Translations under genes and position numbers: made by a program
Assembly (NCBI GenBank): GCA_031375485.1
Contig: JANMHX010000328.1
Span: 64,008 to 128,007 of the forward strand
Reading direction: 5' to 3'
Length of the DNA: 64,000 bases
Origin: Gemmatimonadota bacterium
Lineage (GTDB): Bacteria > Gemmatimonadota > Gemmatimonadetes > Gemmatimonadales > GWC2-71-9
The notes under the pieces: generated by a model
What the model saw: the letters and a program-made list of their open reading frames with translations, nothing else
Databases searched by the model: none
Told to the model about the DNA's origin: nothing
Shown: one piece after another, positions 1-9,797 of the stretch
How positions within the stretch are numbered: the first letter of the stretch is position 1
Layout: every line of letters starts with the position of its first letter

Positions 1-1
1 G

Positions 2-445
2 CATTTCCCGATCGGGATCTATGCGATTCCGGAGATCTCGATGGTCGGCGAGCCGGAGCATGTTCTCACCAAGAAGAAAATCCCCTACGAAGTGGGGATC
101 GCCCGCTACCGGGAAATTGCCAGAGGCCAGATCTTGGGCGACGGCGACGGGTTGCTGAAGTTGCTGTTCGCCAGGGATGACCGGCGGTTGCTCGGCGTCC
201 ACATCATTGGAACCGGAGCCACGGAACTCCTCCACATCGGGCAGACCGTCATCGGACTTGGCGGCGGTCTCGACTATTTCCTCCGGACGGTGTTCAACTA
301 TCCGACCCTCGCGGAGTGTTACAAGGTGGCGGCGCTGAATGCGTCGAACAAGATGATGGCGGGCGAGGAGTCCCCGGTCCGACCCGCGGCCGATACCGCG
401 TTGCCGTCCGCCCGGCCGGAGATCCTCAAGTCGGCCACCTACTAG
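2..445 (+). CDS. sthA: soluble pyridine nucleotide transhydrogenase-like flavoprotein, C-terminal part (5' end outside window)
   Basis: The reading frame is open to the window edge. The sequence IPEISMVGE...PYEVG...[19 protein letters not shown]...[17 protein letters not shown] matches the conserved dimerisation-domain C-terminus of SthA and class-I pyridine nucleotide-disulfide oxidoreductases. Confidence 0.8.
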   Translation, partial: HFPIGIYAIPEISMVGEPEHVLTKKKIPYEVGIARYREIARGQILGDGDGLLKLLFARDDRRLLGVHIIGTGATELLHIGQTVIGLGGGLDYFLRTVFNYPTLAECYKVAALNASNKMMAGEESPVRPAADTALPSARPEILKSATY

Positions 446-502
446 AAACCGGCACCGCCATCGTGCCGGGTGGGTGGCCACGCCCGGCGCTATCTTCCGG
501 TC

Positions 503-3124
503 ATGACACGATTGTCGATCGCCGCGGCGGCTGCGTTGCTGCTGGCGCCTCCGTTGCTCTCGGCCCAGGCTGCCGGACCCGCGTTCATGGGACCTGGGAT
601 TTCCCACGACCTCGCGGTCTGGCGGGGCCGGACCGTCCGGGATGTCCGCTATGACCTGAGGCTCGACCTCACCCCGCTCGACAGCGCGATCGGTCAGGTC
701 ACGATCCGGTTCGTTCGAGAAGGCGGAGACGATGCCATCATCGACTTCCGGGGCCGCCGGCTGCGCTCCGCCACCGCCAACGGCCGGCCGGTTGCCCCCG
801 GCGGGTTCAACGGCCATCACCTTCGGGTGCCCGCCGCGCTGCTGGCCCCGGGCCGGAACACGGTGGAAATCTCGTTCGTGTCCGACATCGCGCCGTCGGG
901 GGCGAGCATCATCAAGGTGCACGACCCGGCCGACCGGACGGACTACCTCTACACGTTGCTGGTTCCGGCCGACGCGAATCAGCTCTTCCCTTGTTTTGAC
1001 CAGCCCGACCTCAAAGCCCTGGTCACCCTCGCGCTGACGACGCCCCGCGACTGGAACGCGCTCGGCAACGGTTCTCTGGCGCGGATCGACTCGGCGGCGG
1101 GCCGGACGACCAGTCATTTCACCGAAACTAAGCCGCTTCCGACCTATCTGATTGCCTTCGCCGCCGGACCCTGGGCCCGGGTGGCCTCGACCCACCATGG
1201 CCGCACCGTGAACCTGTTGGTCCGCCGGTCCCGCGCCAAAGAGGCCGACACCGACACGCTGCTCGCGCTCCAGCACCGGGCCCTCGACTGGATGGAGCGG
1301 TATTTCGGAAGCCCCTATCCTTTCGAGAAGTACGACATGGTGCTGGCCCCTGCCTTTCCGTTCGGCGGGATGGAACACCCGGGCGCGATCATGTACAGCG
1401 AGGACCGGTTCATTTTCCGGGAACGTCCCACGCTGACGCGGCGGCTCGGCCGGTTCTCGGTCATTCTGCATGAGACCGCCCACCAGTGGTTCGGCGACCT
1501 CGTCACCATGAAGTGGTTCGACGATCTCTGGCTGAAGGAGGGCTTCGCAACCTACCTGGGCGCCAAGGCGCTGGCGGAGCTCGAGCCGGGAAGTGACGCA
1601 TGGAAAACCTTCTATCAAGGGAACAAGCCGCCGGCGTACGCGGTGGATCAGACGCTTGGAACCACGCCACTCTGGCAACAGATGGCCAACCTCGACCTCG
1701 CCAAGAGCGCCTACGGGGCGATCGTCTACAACAAAGCGCCCAGCGTCCTGAAGCAGCTCAACTATCTGGTCGGCGACACGGCATTCCAGCGGGGCGTTCG
1801 AGCGTTCCTGACCACTCACGCGTATGCCAACGCCACCTGGCAGGATCTCCTCGGCGCCATCGGGCGTGCCGGCCATCGGTCGCTGGCGGGGTTCGGGCAG
1901 AACTTCATGCTCCGCCGCGGGATGCCGGTCGTCGAGGTGGAGATGGTCATCCGGCAGGGGACCATTGCCCGATTGGCGCTCCGCCAGCGCCCCGCCCAGG
2001 TCACCATGTCGGGCCCCGCTCCCTGGCCGATGCGGACCCAGGTGCTCTTGGCCTACCGAGACGCGCCCCCGGTCCGGATTCCGGTGACGTTGGCCGCTGC
2101 AACGACGGAAGTGATGGGCGCCCGGGGCCGGCCGGCGCCGCTTTTCGTGTTTCCGAACGCCGAGGACTACGGGTACTTCCTTACCCTTCTGGACTCGGCG
2201 AGTACCGAAGCCCTCGAGACCGGAGCCCTGAGCGGCGTCAAGGATGGCCTCCTTCGCTCGATGCTCTGGGGCGCGCTCTTCGATCAGGTTCGCGATGCCC
2301 GGATGGACCCGGCGCGATATGCGGGGCTCGTCCTCCGCGAGCTGCCGGGGGAGCAGGACGAGCAGCTCGTTTCCGCGCTGGTGGCGCGCCTCGAGCGGAC
2401 CGTCGGCGCTTACCTCGCGCCGTCCGAGCGGGAACCGGTCCGCCGGGAAGTAGAGCGGGTGCTCTGGGCGGGTGCCCTCGACGCCAGTCGGTCGTATGGG
2501 ATTCGCCGAAGTCACCTGGATGCCTTCGTAAACCTCGCAGCGTCGTCGTTCGGAACCGAGCGCATGCTGGCCCTGCTCGCCGCCGACTCGGCGGCGGGCG
2601 AGCCCGTCCGTGACCCGACTCGCTGGACCATCGTGGAACGCCTCCTGACCCTTGGAGTGCCGGAGGCCGAGGCCGCACTGGCCGCCCAAGCTGCCCGCGA
2701 CACCACGCCGGATGGCCGCCGTCGCCGGTTCATCGCCGAGGGGGCCCGGCCAACCGCCGAGGCCAAAGCGGAGTACTTCCGGCGCTACCTCGCGGACGCG
2801 GCGCTCAACGAGGACTGGGCCAGCGGCAGTCTCGGTCCATTCAACGCGATCGAACACGAGCGTCTGACTCTCCCGTACCTTCGGCCCGCGCTGGATTCAC
2901 TTCGCTACATCCAAGCGAACCGCCGGATCTTCTTCTTGGGCGCCTGGCTCGGTGCCTTCCTCGGAGGGCAGACCGGTCCAGCCGCTCTCGACGTCGTCCG
3001 GGGGTTTCTCGCCGACAACCCGACGCTTCCCGCCGATCTCAGGCAGAAGGTCCTTCAGAGCGCCGACGAGTTGGAGCGGACGGTCCGGATCCGGCTCGGG
3101 TCCTCCACCCCAGGCCGCCGATGA
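503..3124 (+). CDS. M1 family zinc aminopeptidase (aminopeptidase N-like), secreted
   Basis: Contains the GGMEHPG exopeptidase motif and HETAH-X18-E (ILHETAHQWFGD...WLKEGFA) zinc site. The N-terminal signal peptide is MTRLSIAAAAALLLAPPLLSAQA. The start was set at the ATG at 503 rather than the ORF-track start at 470. Confidence 0.9.
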   Translation: MTRLSIAAAAALLLAPPLLSAQAAGPAFMGPGISHDLAVWRGRTVRDVRYDLRLDLTPLDSAIGQVTIRFVREGGDDAIIDFRGRRLRSATANGRPVAPGGFNGHHLRVPAALLAPGRNTVEISFVSDIAPSGASIIKVHDPADRTDYLYTLLVPADANQLFPCFDQPDLKALVTLALTTPRDWNALGNGSLARIDSAAGRTTSHFTETKPLPTYLIAFAAGPWARVASTHHGRTVNLLVRRSRAKEADTDTLLALQHRALDWMERYFGSPYPFEKYDMVLAPAFPFGGMEHPGAIMYSEDRFIFRERPTLTRRLGRFSVILHETAHQWFGDLVTMKWFDDLWLKEGFATYLGAKALAELEPGSDAWKTFYQGNKPPAYAVDQTLGTTPLWQQMANLDLAKSAYGAIVYNKAPSVLKQLNYLVGDTAFQRGVRAFLTTHAYANATWQDLLGAIGRAGHRSLAGFGQNFMLRRGMPVVEVEMVIRQGTIARLALRQRPAQVTMSGPAPWPMRTQVLLAYRDAPPVRIPVTLAAATTEVMGARGRPAPLFVFPNAEDYGYFLTLLDSASTEALETGALSGVKDGLLRSMLWGALFDQVRDARMDPARYAGLVLRELPGEQDEQLVSALVARLERTVGAYLAPSEREPVRREVERVLWAGALDASRSYGIRRSHLDAFVNLAASSFGTERMLALLAADSAAGEPVRDPTRWTIVERLLTLGVPEAEAALAAQAARDTTPDGRRRRFIAEGARPTAEAKAEYFRRYLADAALNEDWASGSLGPFNAIEHERLTLPYLRPALDSLRYIQANRRIFFLGAWLGAFLGGQTGPAALDVVRGFLADNPTLPADLRQKVLQSADELERTVRIRLGSSTPGRR

Positions 3125-3176
3125 GGCGCCCGGCGTGATCCAGTTCGTCGAACACGGTCCGGTGTCCGAGGTGGTG

Positions 3177-3914
3177 ATGTCGACGGCGTTCAGCCGGGCG
3201 ATTGGTTTCCGAGTCAGCGCCTTCCGTTATCGCGGCTTGGTGATCGATACCGGTTTTCCCAGGATGGCCGAGGGGTTCTTCTCATGGCTTGCGACGGTGC
3301 CGGTGACCGGATTCATCGTCACCCACTTCCACGAGGACCACGCCGGCAACCTCGGGTTGGTCACGGCCCGCGGCATTCCGGCGACGGTGTCGGCCGTGAC
3401 CTTGGGGCGTCATCGGGATCTGAGGCGGGTGCCGCCGTACCGGTGGATGGTGTGGGGACACCCCCATGTGAGCGTCCGCGATCCGGAGCCGGCCGAGCAC
3501 CCGTTCCAGTTGATTCCGACACCAGGCCATTCGGCCGACCAGGTGGCCGTGTACGATCCGGACGCGCGGATCGTATTCTCGGGGGACCTCTTCCTCGGGG
3601 TCAAAGCCGCACTGGCTCATGCCGATGAGTCGCCGAGCGCTACGGTGGCAAGTCTCCGAACGATCGCGGCGCTGGGTCCGAAGGCCGTGTTCGACTCCCA
3701 CCGCGGCTCGCTCCGGGATCCGGTGGCGACGCTCACCAGCAAGGCGGACTGGCTCGAAGCGACCATCGCGTCCATCCATACCGCCGATCGGGCGGGGCAG
3801 CCGGCCTCGGTGATCGTGCGTGAACTGCTCGGCGGGGAGGACCGGGCCGCGCTGGTCTCCTTCGGTCAAGTGTCGAAGCGAAACTTCGTCCAGGCCGTCC
3901 TCGCCGGTCAGTGA
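3177..3914 (+). CDS. MBL-fold metallo-hydrolase
   Basis: Contains the HxHxDH motif (THFHEDHAGN) and a downstream TPGHS motif. The ATG at 3177 is preceded by GAGGTG. An alternative GTG start lies at 3135. The stop overlaps the GTG at 3911 of the next ORF. Confidence 0.8.
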   Translation: MSTAFSRAIGFRVSAFRYRGLVIDTGFPRMAEGFFSWLATVPVTGFIVTHFHEDHAGNLGLVTARGIPATVSAVTLGRHRDLRRVPPYRWMVWGHPHVSVRDPEPAEHPFQLIPTPGHSADQVAVYDPDARIVFSGDLFLGVKAALAHADESPSATVASLRTIAALGPKAVFDSHRGSLRDPVATLTSKADWLEATIASIHTADRAGQPASVIVRELLGGEDRAALVSFGQVSKRNFVQAVLAGQ

Positions 3915-3970
3915 GGGTCCTATGCCAACCGGCGGACTCCCACTCATCGGCACCTGAACCAGAGGCTTCT

Positions 3971-5038
3971 GTGCTCCGACCGATCCTCCCAGCCGCGGTG
4001 GCGGCCCTGTTGCTCGCGGGATGCCGGGCCGACCTCGGCGGCCCCGGACCGTCGGGGGGATCCACGCGACCATTCTACATGGGGTTTTCCGGCTTTCCGC
4101 CGCGGATCGATCAGGATGTGGCGATCCAGGCGCTGGAGGCCTGGACCCGTCGCGCCGACATCGCGATCGTCCACGAGGAACTACCCTGGACCGACCTGCT
4201 CGCGGGGGTGGCCCCCGATACCATTCTCCGCCGTGAAAAAGACGGCCTGATCAACTATTACCGGGCGAAGGGCCTCAAGCTGGTGTTCATCGCCGATCCG
4301 AATGACGGCCTTGCCCGCCAGAGTGAAGCCCCGCGGCTCCGGGCGTTAGGGAGAAGTTTCACCGAACCCCCGGTCCAGGCGGTGTACCGTGAGTGGATCT
4401 TGGCATTCGTTCGCCGGTTCCGGCCTGAGTACGTCGGTCTGGTGGCCGAGACCAACCTGATCCGGATTGCCGCCCCGGCGCCACTCTATCAGGCCATCGT
4501 CGCGGCCGCGGGGACCACCGCCGCCGCAGTCAAAGCCTTGCCCAACCCGCCCAAGCTTTTTGTGTCGGTACAGGTTGAAGCCGCTTGGGGCAAGCTGGTC
4601 GGGGGGCCCTACCTCGGGATTGAACAGGATTTCGTGGATTTTCCCTTCCTCGAACTGCTTGGCCTCTCGTCGTATCCCTACTTTGGCTGGCCGGACCCGG
4701 ATCAGCTTCCCACCGACTACTACCGACGGCCCCTCAACGGCCGGCGCGTGCCGGTGATGATCGTGGAGGGTGGCTGGGCCAGCCAATCCGCCGCCGGATT
4801 TACCACGAGCCCGGCCACCCAGGCCCGGTACTTCCGACGCCAACTGGCCCTCTTAGCCGAGACGACGGCCATCGGCTGGTTGCAACTGGCTCCGACGGAT
4901 ATCGACCTGCCGTCTTTTCCAGCCGACATCAGAGAGTCGATTCGCCCCTTCGCCTCGCTCGGCGTGTATGACGTTGAGCTTCGGGCCAAGCCGGCCCTGG
5001 CGGTGTGGGACAGCGTCTTTGCCCTGCCCAGGAAGTGA
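3971..5038 (+). CDS. hypothetical lipoprotein, possible clan GH-A-like TIM-barrel hydrolase
   Basis: A GTG at 3971 gives the lipoprotein signal MLRPILPAAVAALLLAGC, with AGAGG 5 nt upstream. The VAETNL and MIVEGGW motifs resemble the acid/base and nucleophile strands of (beta/alpha)8 glycosidases. The functional call is weak. Confidence 0.55.
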   Translation: MLRPILPAAVAALLLAGCRADLGGPGPSGGSTRPFYMGFSGFPPRIDQDVAIQALEAWTRRADIAIVHEELPWTDLLAGVAPDTILRREKDGLINYYRAKGLKLVFIADPNDGLARQSEAPRLRALGRSFTEPPVQAVYREWILAFVRRFRPEYVGLVAETNLIRIAAPAPLYQAIVAAAGTTAAAVKALPNPPKLFVSVQVEAAWGKLVGGPYLGIEQDFVDFPFLELLGLSSYPYFGWPDPDQLPTDYYRRPLNGRRVPVMIVEGGWASQSAAGFTTSPATQARYFRRQLALLAETTAIGWLQLAPTDIDLPSFPADIRESIRPFASLGVYDVELRAKPALAVWDSVFALPRK

Positions 5039-5116
5039 GCCGTTAACATCTGGCGGCCGGCCTCGTCTGTGATGAGGATTCGTTTGAACCCTCGATTCAC
5101 AGCCGGAGTGGGCCCC

Positions 5117-6355
5117 ATGCACAAACTACCGCCGTCGGTGTTATTGCCGTTCACGGTCATCGCCGTGCTCGGATGTGGCGACAATCTGTCGTCGGGGCCG
5201 GGCCCCGAGCCGGCTCCCGAGCGGAGCCGTGCCATGGGCGCCTGGACGCCGGGACCGGGAGACACCTGTCCGATATCCGTCCACGACCAGTTCACCACGA
5301 TCGGCCCGGACGGGAAGCTCTACCCGACCTGGCATCCGCCGGTCGACCCGGCCACCGGTTGCACCTTCGGCCACGAGCACGGGCGGGACCCCAGGGCCTC
5401 GAGCCTGTATGCCGAGACCGGGGCGATCCCGTTTGGCTACGCGAACGAAGTCCTCGACCGGTTCGATCCAGCGGGCCCGCGCCATGAGGACCATGTCGGC
5501 CACAAGGTCGAATGGGAAGATGCGATGCCGATGCACGTCGAGGGCGTCCCGGTGGCGATCACGTGCAGTGTCCTCACGAAACTCCACCAGGGCACCCACT
5601 CGAAGGACGCGTTCACCAACAACCTGCACGAGTTGGCCTATCACCTTCGCTGCAGCGACGGCAGCGCGTTGCACCTCACCCTGATGACGCCGATCGGCAC
5701 GCCGGGAGAGTTCGTCCGGTCCTGCGACCGGGAGGCCCACGTGATGGTCGGGCCGGCCACGCCGGCGAACTCGCCGATGGGCAATGGGAAACGGGTCATC
5801 GCCGACCGCGGGTGCGCCGAGCAGTTCGTGCTCGTGCCACTGGCCCAAGCCTCGCGATTCGACACCGGCGTCCGAGAAAGCTGGCAGGTGTCGGCTCGAA
5901 TCCGGCTGGCTACGGGGCAATACTTGGTGACGGCCAACCCGTACTTCCAAGTGCTCAACCCAAGCCGGTTTCATGATCCGGCCTTGGCCGGCGGGGTCGG
6001 CCGGACGATTGATCTCTGCTACGAGGTGGAGCCGAACGGCGATCGGGCCCGGGGCGGCGGCTGCCAAGTGGCCACCGGTAACGGCGCCATCACCGGGATT
6101 GCCTGGAACGATCCCCGCTCCGCCTTTGCCGGCGACGCCCGGTTCGTCGACATCAACACCAATCGGATCACGAACGCCACTGGTCCCGATACCTGGTACA
6201 CCGATCCCTTCGGCAGGAACGCCAGCCGAGAGCTGTTTCCGGGCTCGATCACCCAGCGCATTGGGGTGATCGACAACACCAGAATTCCATTTACCGGGCC
6301 GGTGATCGGCCGGACCCGCAGCTACGGCGGACCCGGTGTCCACGCGCCGAACTGA
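5117..6355 (+). CDS. conserved hypothetical lipoprotein with His-rich motifs
   Basis: Lipoprotein signal MHKLPPSVLLPFTVIAVLGCGD. Motifs are TWHPPVDPATGCTFGHEHGRDP, HEDHVGHK and HQGTHSKD, plus several Cys residues. It was preferred over the antisense ORF 5141..6439, which lacks any motif. Confidence 0.65.
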   Translation: MHKLPPSVLLPFTVIAVLGCGDNLSSGPGPEPAPERSRAMGAWTPGPGDTCPISVHDQFTTIGPDGKLYPTWHPPVDPATGCTFGHEHGRDPRASSLYAETGAIPFGYANEVLDRFDPAGPRHEDHVGHKVEWEDAMPMHVEGVPVAITCSVLTKLHQGTHSKDAFTNNLHELAYHLRCSDGSALHLTLMTPIGTPGEFVRSCDREAHVMVGPATPANSPMGNGKRVIADRGCAEQFVLVPLAQASRFDTGVRESWQVSARIRLATGQYLVTANPYFQVLNPSRFHDPALAGGVGRTIDLCYEVEPNGDRARGGGCQVATGNGAITGIAWNDPRSAFAGDARFVDINTNRITNATGPDTWYTDPFGRNASRELFPGSITQRIGVIDNTRIPFTGPVIGRTRSYGGPGVHAPN

Positions 6356-7482
6356 GCGGTAGCGATCGCTTGCCCCAATCGCCGGCTTCCTTCGAGGAGC
6401 ATGGGCGTGTCGTAGAACGCAAAGCTCAGTCGCAGGCAATCACGGAGGCCGCCCTGGCTCGAGAACATGGTTCCCGGCCGGAATCCAACCCGGAGCGCGT
6501 TCGCAGGAGCCAGCAGGGCCGCAGTGTCGAGGCCGGGCAGCCGGAGCCAGAAGAAGTATCCGCCCTGTGGCACGGCGAAGGAGGCCGCGGGCAGGTCGCG
6601 CCGAAGCGCCTCCGCCATGGCGCCGATCCGTTCCCGGAACGTGTTCCGCAGGTCCGCGAGGTACGGCCTGAGCAGGTCGAGTTCCAGGACGGAGCGGACC
6701 AGGCCGGACGTTATCGGGCTCAGGCCGCCGCCGCTATCCAACAATCCACTTCGGACCATTCGTTCGATCATGCCGGCGTCGGAATAGACCCAGCCTAGCC
6801 GGAGGCCGGGGGCCAGGATCTTGGAGAACGATCCCAAGACCGCCACGTGGCCGCCATCGACATAGGCGCCGAAGGACGAAGGCGGGGCGTCATCGTAGCT
6901 GAGGCACTGGTACACTTCGTCGGCCACCAGGAGAACCCGGTGCCGGCGGCAGATCTCGACCAAGCGCTCCCGTCGTTCGGGGGGCAGGGTGGCGCCGGTT
7001 GGATTCTGGAACGTCGGAATGAGGTACAGCATCGCCGGTGTGAGCGCCGCGAACCGATCGTCGAGGCCGTCGAGGATCAATCCGTGCTCGTCGGTGGGCA
7101 GGCTCACGACCCGGAGCCGATGATCGGCCAGGATGTTAAGCGCCAGAAAATAGGAAGGCTCTTCGACGCAGACCACTGCTCCGGGTTCAGTAAACAGGGT
7201 GCAGATCAAGTCCAGTGCCTGAGACGCGCCGCTGCTCACGAACAACCGATCGGGCCGGGCCTCGAATCCGTGAGAACCGGTCAGGAACGCGGCCAACGCC
7301 TCCCGAAAGTATCCGTCCCCTTGCTCGGCTCCGTACTGAAGGTAGCCGGTCGGATCCCGAGAGAATCGGTGCTCGGCCGCTTGCCGGATGATCGGGCCGG
7401 GAAGCAGCGACCGCCCGGGTTGGCCGACGCCGAGATCGATGAAGTCAGGGGGAACCTCGACTTGGGCGGTTCTCTGCGCCAC
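6322..7482 (-). CDS. PLP-dependent aminotransferase, class I/II fold
   Basis: Contains the SFSKILAPGLRLGW PLP-lysine motif and an N-terminal IDLGVGQP motif typical of the fold-type I aminotransferase family. The start codon is GTG. Confidence 0.85.
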   Translation of the reverse strand: MAQRTAQVEVPPDFIDLGVGQPGRSLLPGPIIRQAAEHRFSRDPTGYLQYGAEQGDGYFREALAAFLTGSHGFEARPDRLFVSSGASQALDLICTLFTEPGAVVCVEEPSYFLALNILADHRLRVVSLPTDEHGLILDGLDDRFAALTPAMLYLIPTFQNPTGATLPPERRERLVEICRRHRVLLVADEVYQCLSYDDAPPSSFGAYVDGGHVAVLGSFSKILAPGLRLGWVYSDAGMIERMVRSGLLDSGGGLSPITSGLVRSVLELDLLRPYLADLRNTFRERIGAMAEALRRDLPAASFAVPQGGYFFWLRLPGLDTAALLAPANALRVGFRPGTMFSSQGGLRDCLRLSFAFYDTPMLLEGSRRLGQAIATAQFGAWTPGPP

Positions 7483-7556
7483 TAGCGGACTACCATGCTC
7501 GGTTCGATTCGGTCACGAGACGGGGTCCGCCCGGTGAAGCTGGCTCGGCCATCGGA

Positions 7557-8960
7557 TCAGCGAATCTTCTTGGCCGGCGTCTTCCCTCCGCCCTGCAGGA
7601 GCAGCAGGTGGGTGACGGTGCCGCCCTCCGCGACGAATGTCACCCCGATATCGTCCTCGGTGATGAAGAAGGTGCTGTCGGACTCGGCGAGCAGCTTGAC
7701 CTTGGGCTGGCCGGTGGCCGCAACGAAGAGGACCCCGTCTTCGAGCGTCACGGTGAGAGCCATTTCCGGCGCCAGCTGGTAGGTGCCGACATAGGGCGGC
7801 AGGAGTGCCGGGTCGATGGATTTGGCCACTTTCGCCACCGGGGGCTTTGACAACGGGATGGCCGCATCGATCAAATGGAGTCCGACATCATCCGCGCTGA
7901 TGGTCGAGTTCGTGAGGACGATGATCCCGATTCGCTTGGCCAGGTCGAACCCCATGAACGTCCGGTAGCCGCCGGTGCCGCCGTTGTGCCAGACGATCGA
8001 GCCCCCCGGCGATTTCAGAATGTGCCAGGCCATCCCGACGGTCAGGTTGGGGTTCCCGGTTTCGGTTCGCGCGGTGTGGGTGGTTGCCATGACCCGGCCG
8101 AGCGGCCGGCTGGTCGAATCGAGATTCGCGGCCAGGTACTTGAACATGTCGTTGACCGTGGAGCGGAGCGCGCCGGCTCCGGCCAACGTCGGCAGATCCC
8201 AATTGGCAACGACTTTGCCCGATTTGTCATGCCCTAACGCCAGCCGCCGCTCGAGTCTCGGTGACAGGATGATTTCGGTGTCGCCCATCTGGAGAGGTTT
8301 CAGGATCCGGTCGTTGAGCAGGTCGAAGTAGCTCTTGCCGGCCTTCAGGGCCAAGGTATGGCCCAACAAGCCCATGCCGAGGTTCGAATACTCGTACTTC
8401 GACCCGATGTCGCGGGTCAAACTGTAGCCGCTCAGGAAATCATACATCTGCTGGACGGTGTAGTCGGCATACGGATTGGCTGGGTTCCCGGGCTTGAAGT
8501 TGCTCGGCATCCCCGGGAGGCCGGATGAGACGGTCGCCAAGTCGAGCAAAGTGATTTCGCGGCCGTTTCGAGTCGGGATCTTGACCGAGGCCGGCAGGTA
8601 CTGCTGGACCCGGTCGCTCAGTTTGACGTCGCCGCGAGCCACCATGTCGGCCAGCAGCGATGCGGTAAACGTCTTCGTGATCGAACCGATCTCGAAGACG
8701 GTATTGCCGTCGAGCGCCAAGTCCTTGTTGTCGGCCTTGCCGGCCGCGAGCACCCGCCGGGTGCCGTCGACGTCGAGCAACCCGACGACGATGCCGGCGG
8801 TCTTCTTCGCGGTGACCTGCTCGTTCAGGATCGCTTGGACGGCGGCGTCCGAAGGGAAACGCGCGCCCTGCGCGGCGAGAGCGGAATGGCCGAACCAGAC
8901 CCCCACAAGAATCAGGAGCGACCGGAGTCGGGCAACGGGTTGGGTCATGGATTGGTCCAC
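7557..8960 (-). CDS. serine hydrolase of the beta-lactamase / class C-like (S12) family with C-terminal extra domain
   Basis: Has a signal peptide, the SxxK motif (SITKTF) and the YxN motif (YSN). The C-terminal ~90 aa (YVGTYQLAP...) resemble the accessory domain seen on S12 D-aminopeptidase/esterase-like proteins. Confidence 0.85.
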   Translation of the reverse strand: MDQSMTQPVARLRSLLILVGVWFGHSALAAQGARFPSDAAVQAILNEQVTAKKTAGIVVGLLDVDGTRRVLAAGKADNKDLALDGNTVFEIGSITKTFTASLLADMVARGDVKLSDRVQQYLPASVKIPTRNGREITLLDLATVSSGLPGMPSNFKPGNPANPYADYTVQQMYDFLSGYSLTRDIGSKYEYSNLGMGLLGHTLALKAGKSYFDLLNDRILKPLQMGDTEIILSPRLERRLALGHDKSGKVVANWDLPTLAGAGALRSTVNDMFKYLAANLDSTSRPLGRVMATTHTARTETGNPNLTVGMAWHILKSPGGSIVWHNGGTGGYRTFMGFDLAKRIGIIVLTNSTISADDVGLHLIDAAIPLSKPPVAKVAKSIDPALLPPYVGTYQLAPEMALTVTLEDGVLFVAATGQPKVKLLAESDSTFFITEDDIGVTFVAEGGTVTHLLLLQGGGKTPAKKIR

Positions 8961-8976
8961 GGAAAGGGTGGGGTGG

Positions 8977-9726
8977 TCAGGTTGTATTGGTCAAACGCTC
9001 GGGGAGGACGACCTTCGCGTCCTCGATGATGATGGGGTACGTGTAACCGGCGCCAAAGTCTCGGTTCGTTCGAACCGTTCCCCTGATCGTGACGGTTTCT
9101 CCCTTGGCCGCCTGGTCGAGGGTGGTCACGGTGATCTCGCCCGTGCCCTGGCCGGCGTTGCCGCTGCCGTCCTGCACATGGAGCCAGTTCTTTCCCATGA
9201 CCCCGGGATTGTACTTCACCACCACGCCGCGCACCGTCACCGTCTTGCCCTCGAGACTCGCCCGTTCCGCCCACACCTCGGCGACGGACCGGGCGTCGGG
9301 GCCGATGGCCTTCGGGACCTGGCCCACGTCAACCGGTGTGCCAGCCGCGACGCCGGCGTGGGGGTTGTCGCCATGGCCGGCCGGCGCCGCCCCTTCGGTC
9401 GCGAGGGTTCCGAAATAGACCTCGGCAAACGTGCGTTTGAGTGACGTCGATTCGAAATCGGTCATCCGCATCGCGTTGACGACGGTCACTTCGGTGCCGT
9501 CCTCAATTCGTGCCTCTGGGACCGCGGCCCAGACGTCGCCCTTGGCGGTCTTGATGCGAAGGTAGAGATACGGCGGTGCGGCCAGGTGCTCTTGCACCGG
9601 GCCGGTCAATTGGTCGCTGGTTGGCGCGCCGGCCGGGTCCGGTGGAGCCTTGGCGGCGTCCGGGGTCTTGGCACCGCAACCCGTGACAGCCGATACGAAG
9701 AGCAGAATCGCGAGCGCTCGGGCCAT
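8977..9726 (-). CDS. hypothetical lipoprotein with two OB-fold-like repeats
   Basis: The internal ATG at 9726 gives the lipoprotein signal MARALAILLFVSAVTGC. Two related segments are present: (KGDVWAAVPE...EVTVVNA) and (GKTVTVRGVVVKY...ETVTIRGTV). Confidence 0.6.
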   Translation of the reverse strand: MARALAILLFVSAVTGCGAKTPDAAKAPPDPAGAPTSDQLTGPVQEHLAAPPYLYLRIKTAKGDVWAAVPEARIEDGTEVTVVNAMRMTDFESTSLKRTFAEVYFGTLATEGAAPAGHGDNPHAGVAAGTPVDVGQVPKAIGPDARSVAEVWAERASLEGKTVTVRGVVVKYNPGVMGKNWLHVQDGSGNAGQGTGEITVTTLDQAAKGETVTIRGTVRTNRDFGAGYTYPIIIEDAKVVLPERLTNTT

Positions 9727-9797
9727 GACCGGAACTCCTGGTTGAATCGCAACAGTGACGGCGACCAGCCCAATATAGCCGTTGGAGTCGGTGTCGA

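Noticed and set aside
5141-6439. Long antisense ORFs lie opposite annotated genes. Examples are 5141..6439 (-), 18316..19200 (-), 18734..19609 (-), 22653..24167 (+), 40743..42470 (-), 46070..47608 (-), 49458..50912 (-) and 60289..61779 (-).
   Set aside because: Stop codons are rare in off-frames in a genome this G+C-rich. These translations are Arg/Gly/Pro-rich and low-complexity, with no motifs, signal peptides or SD sites. The opposite-strand genes have clear family signatures.
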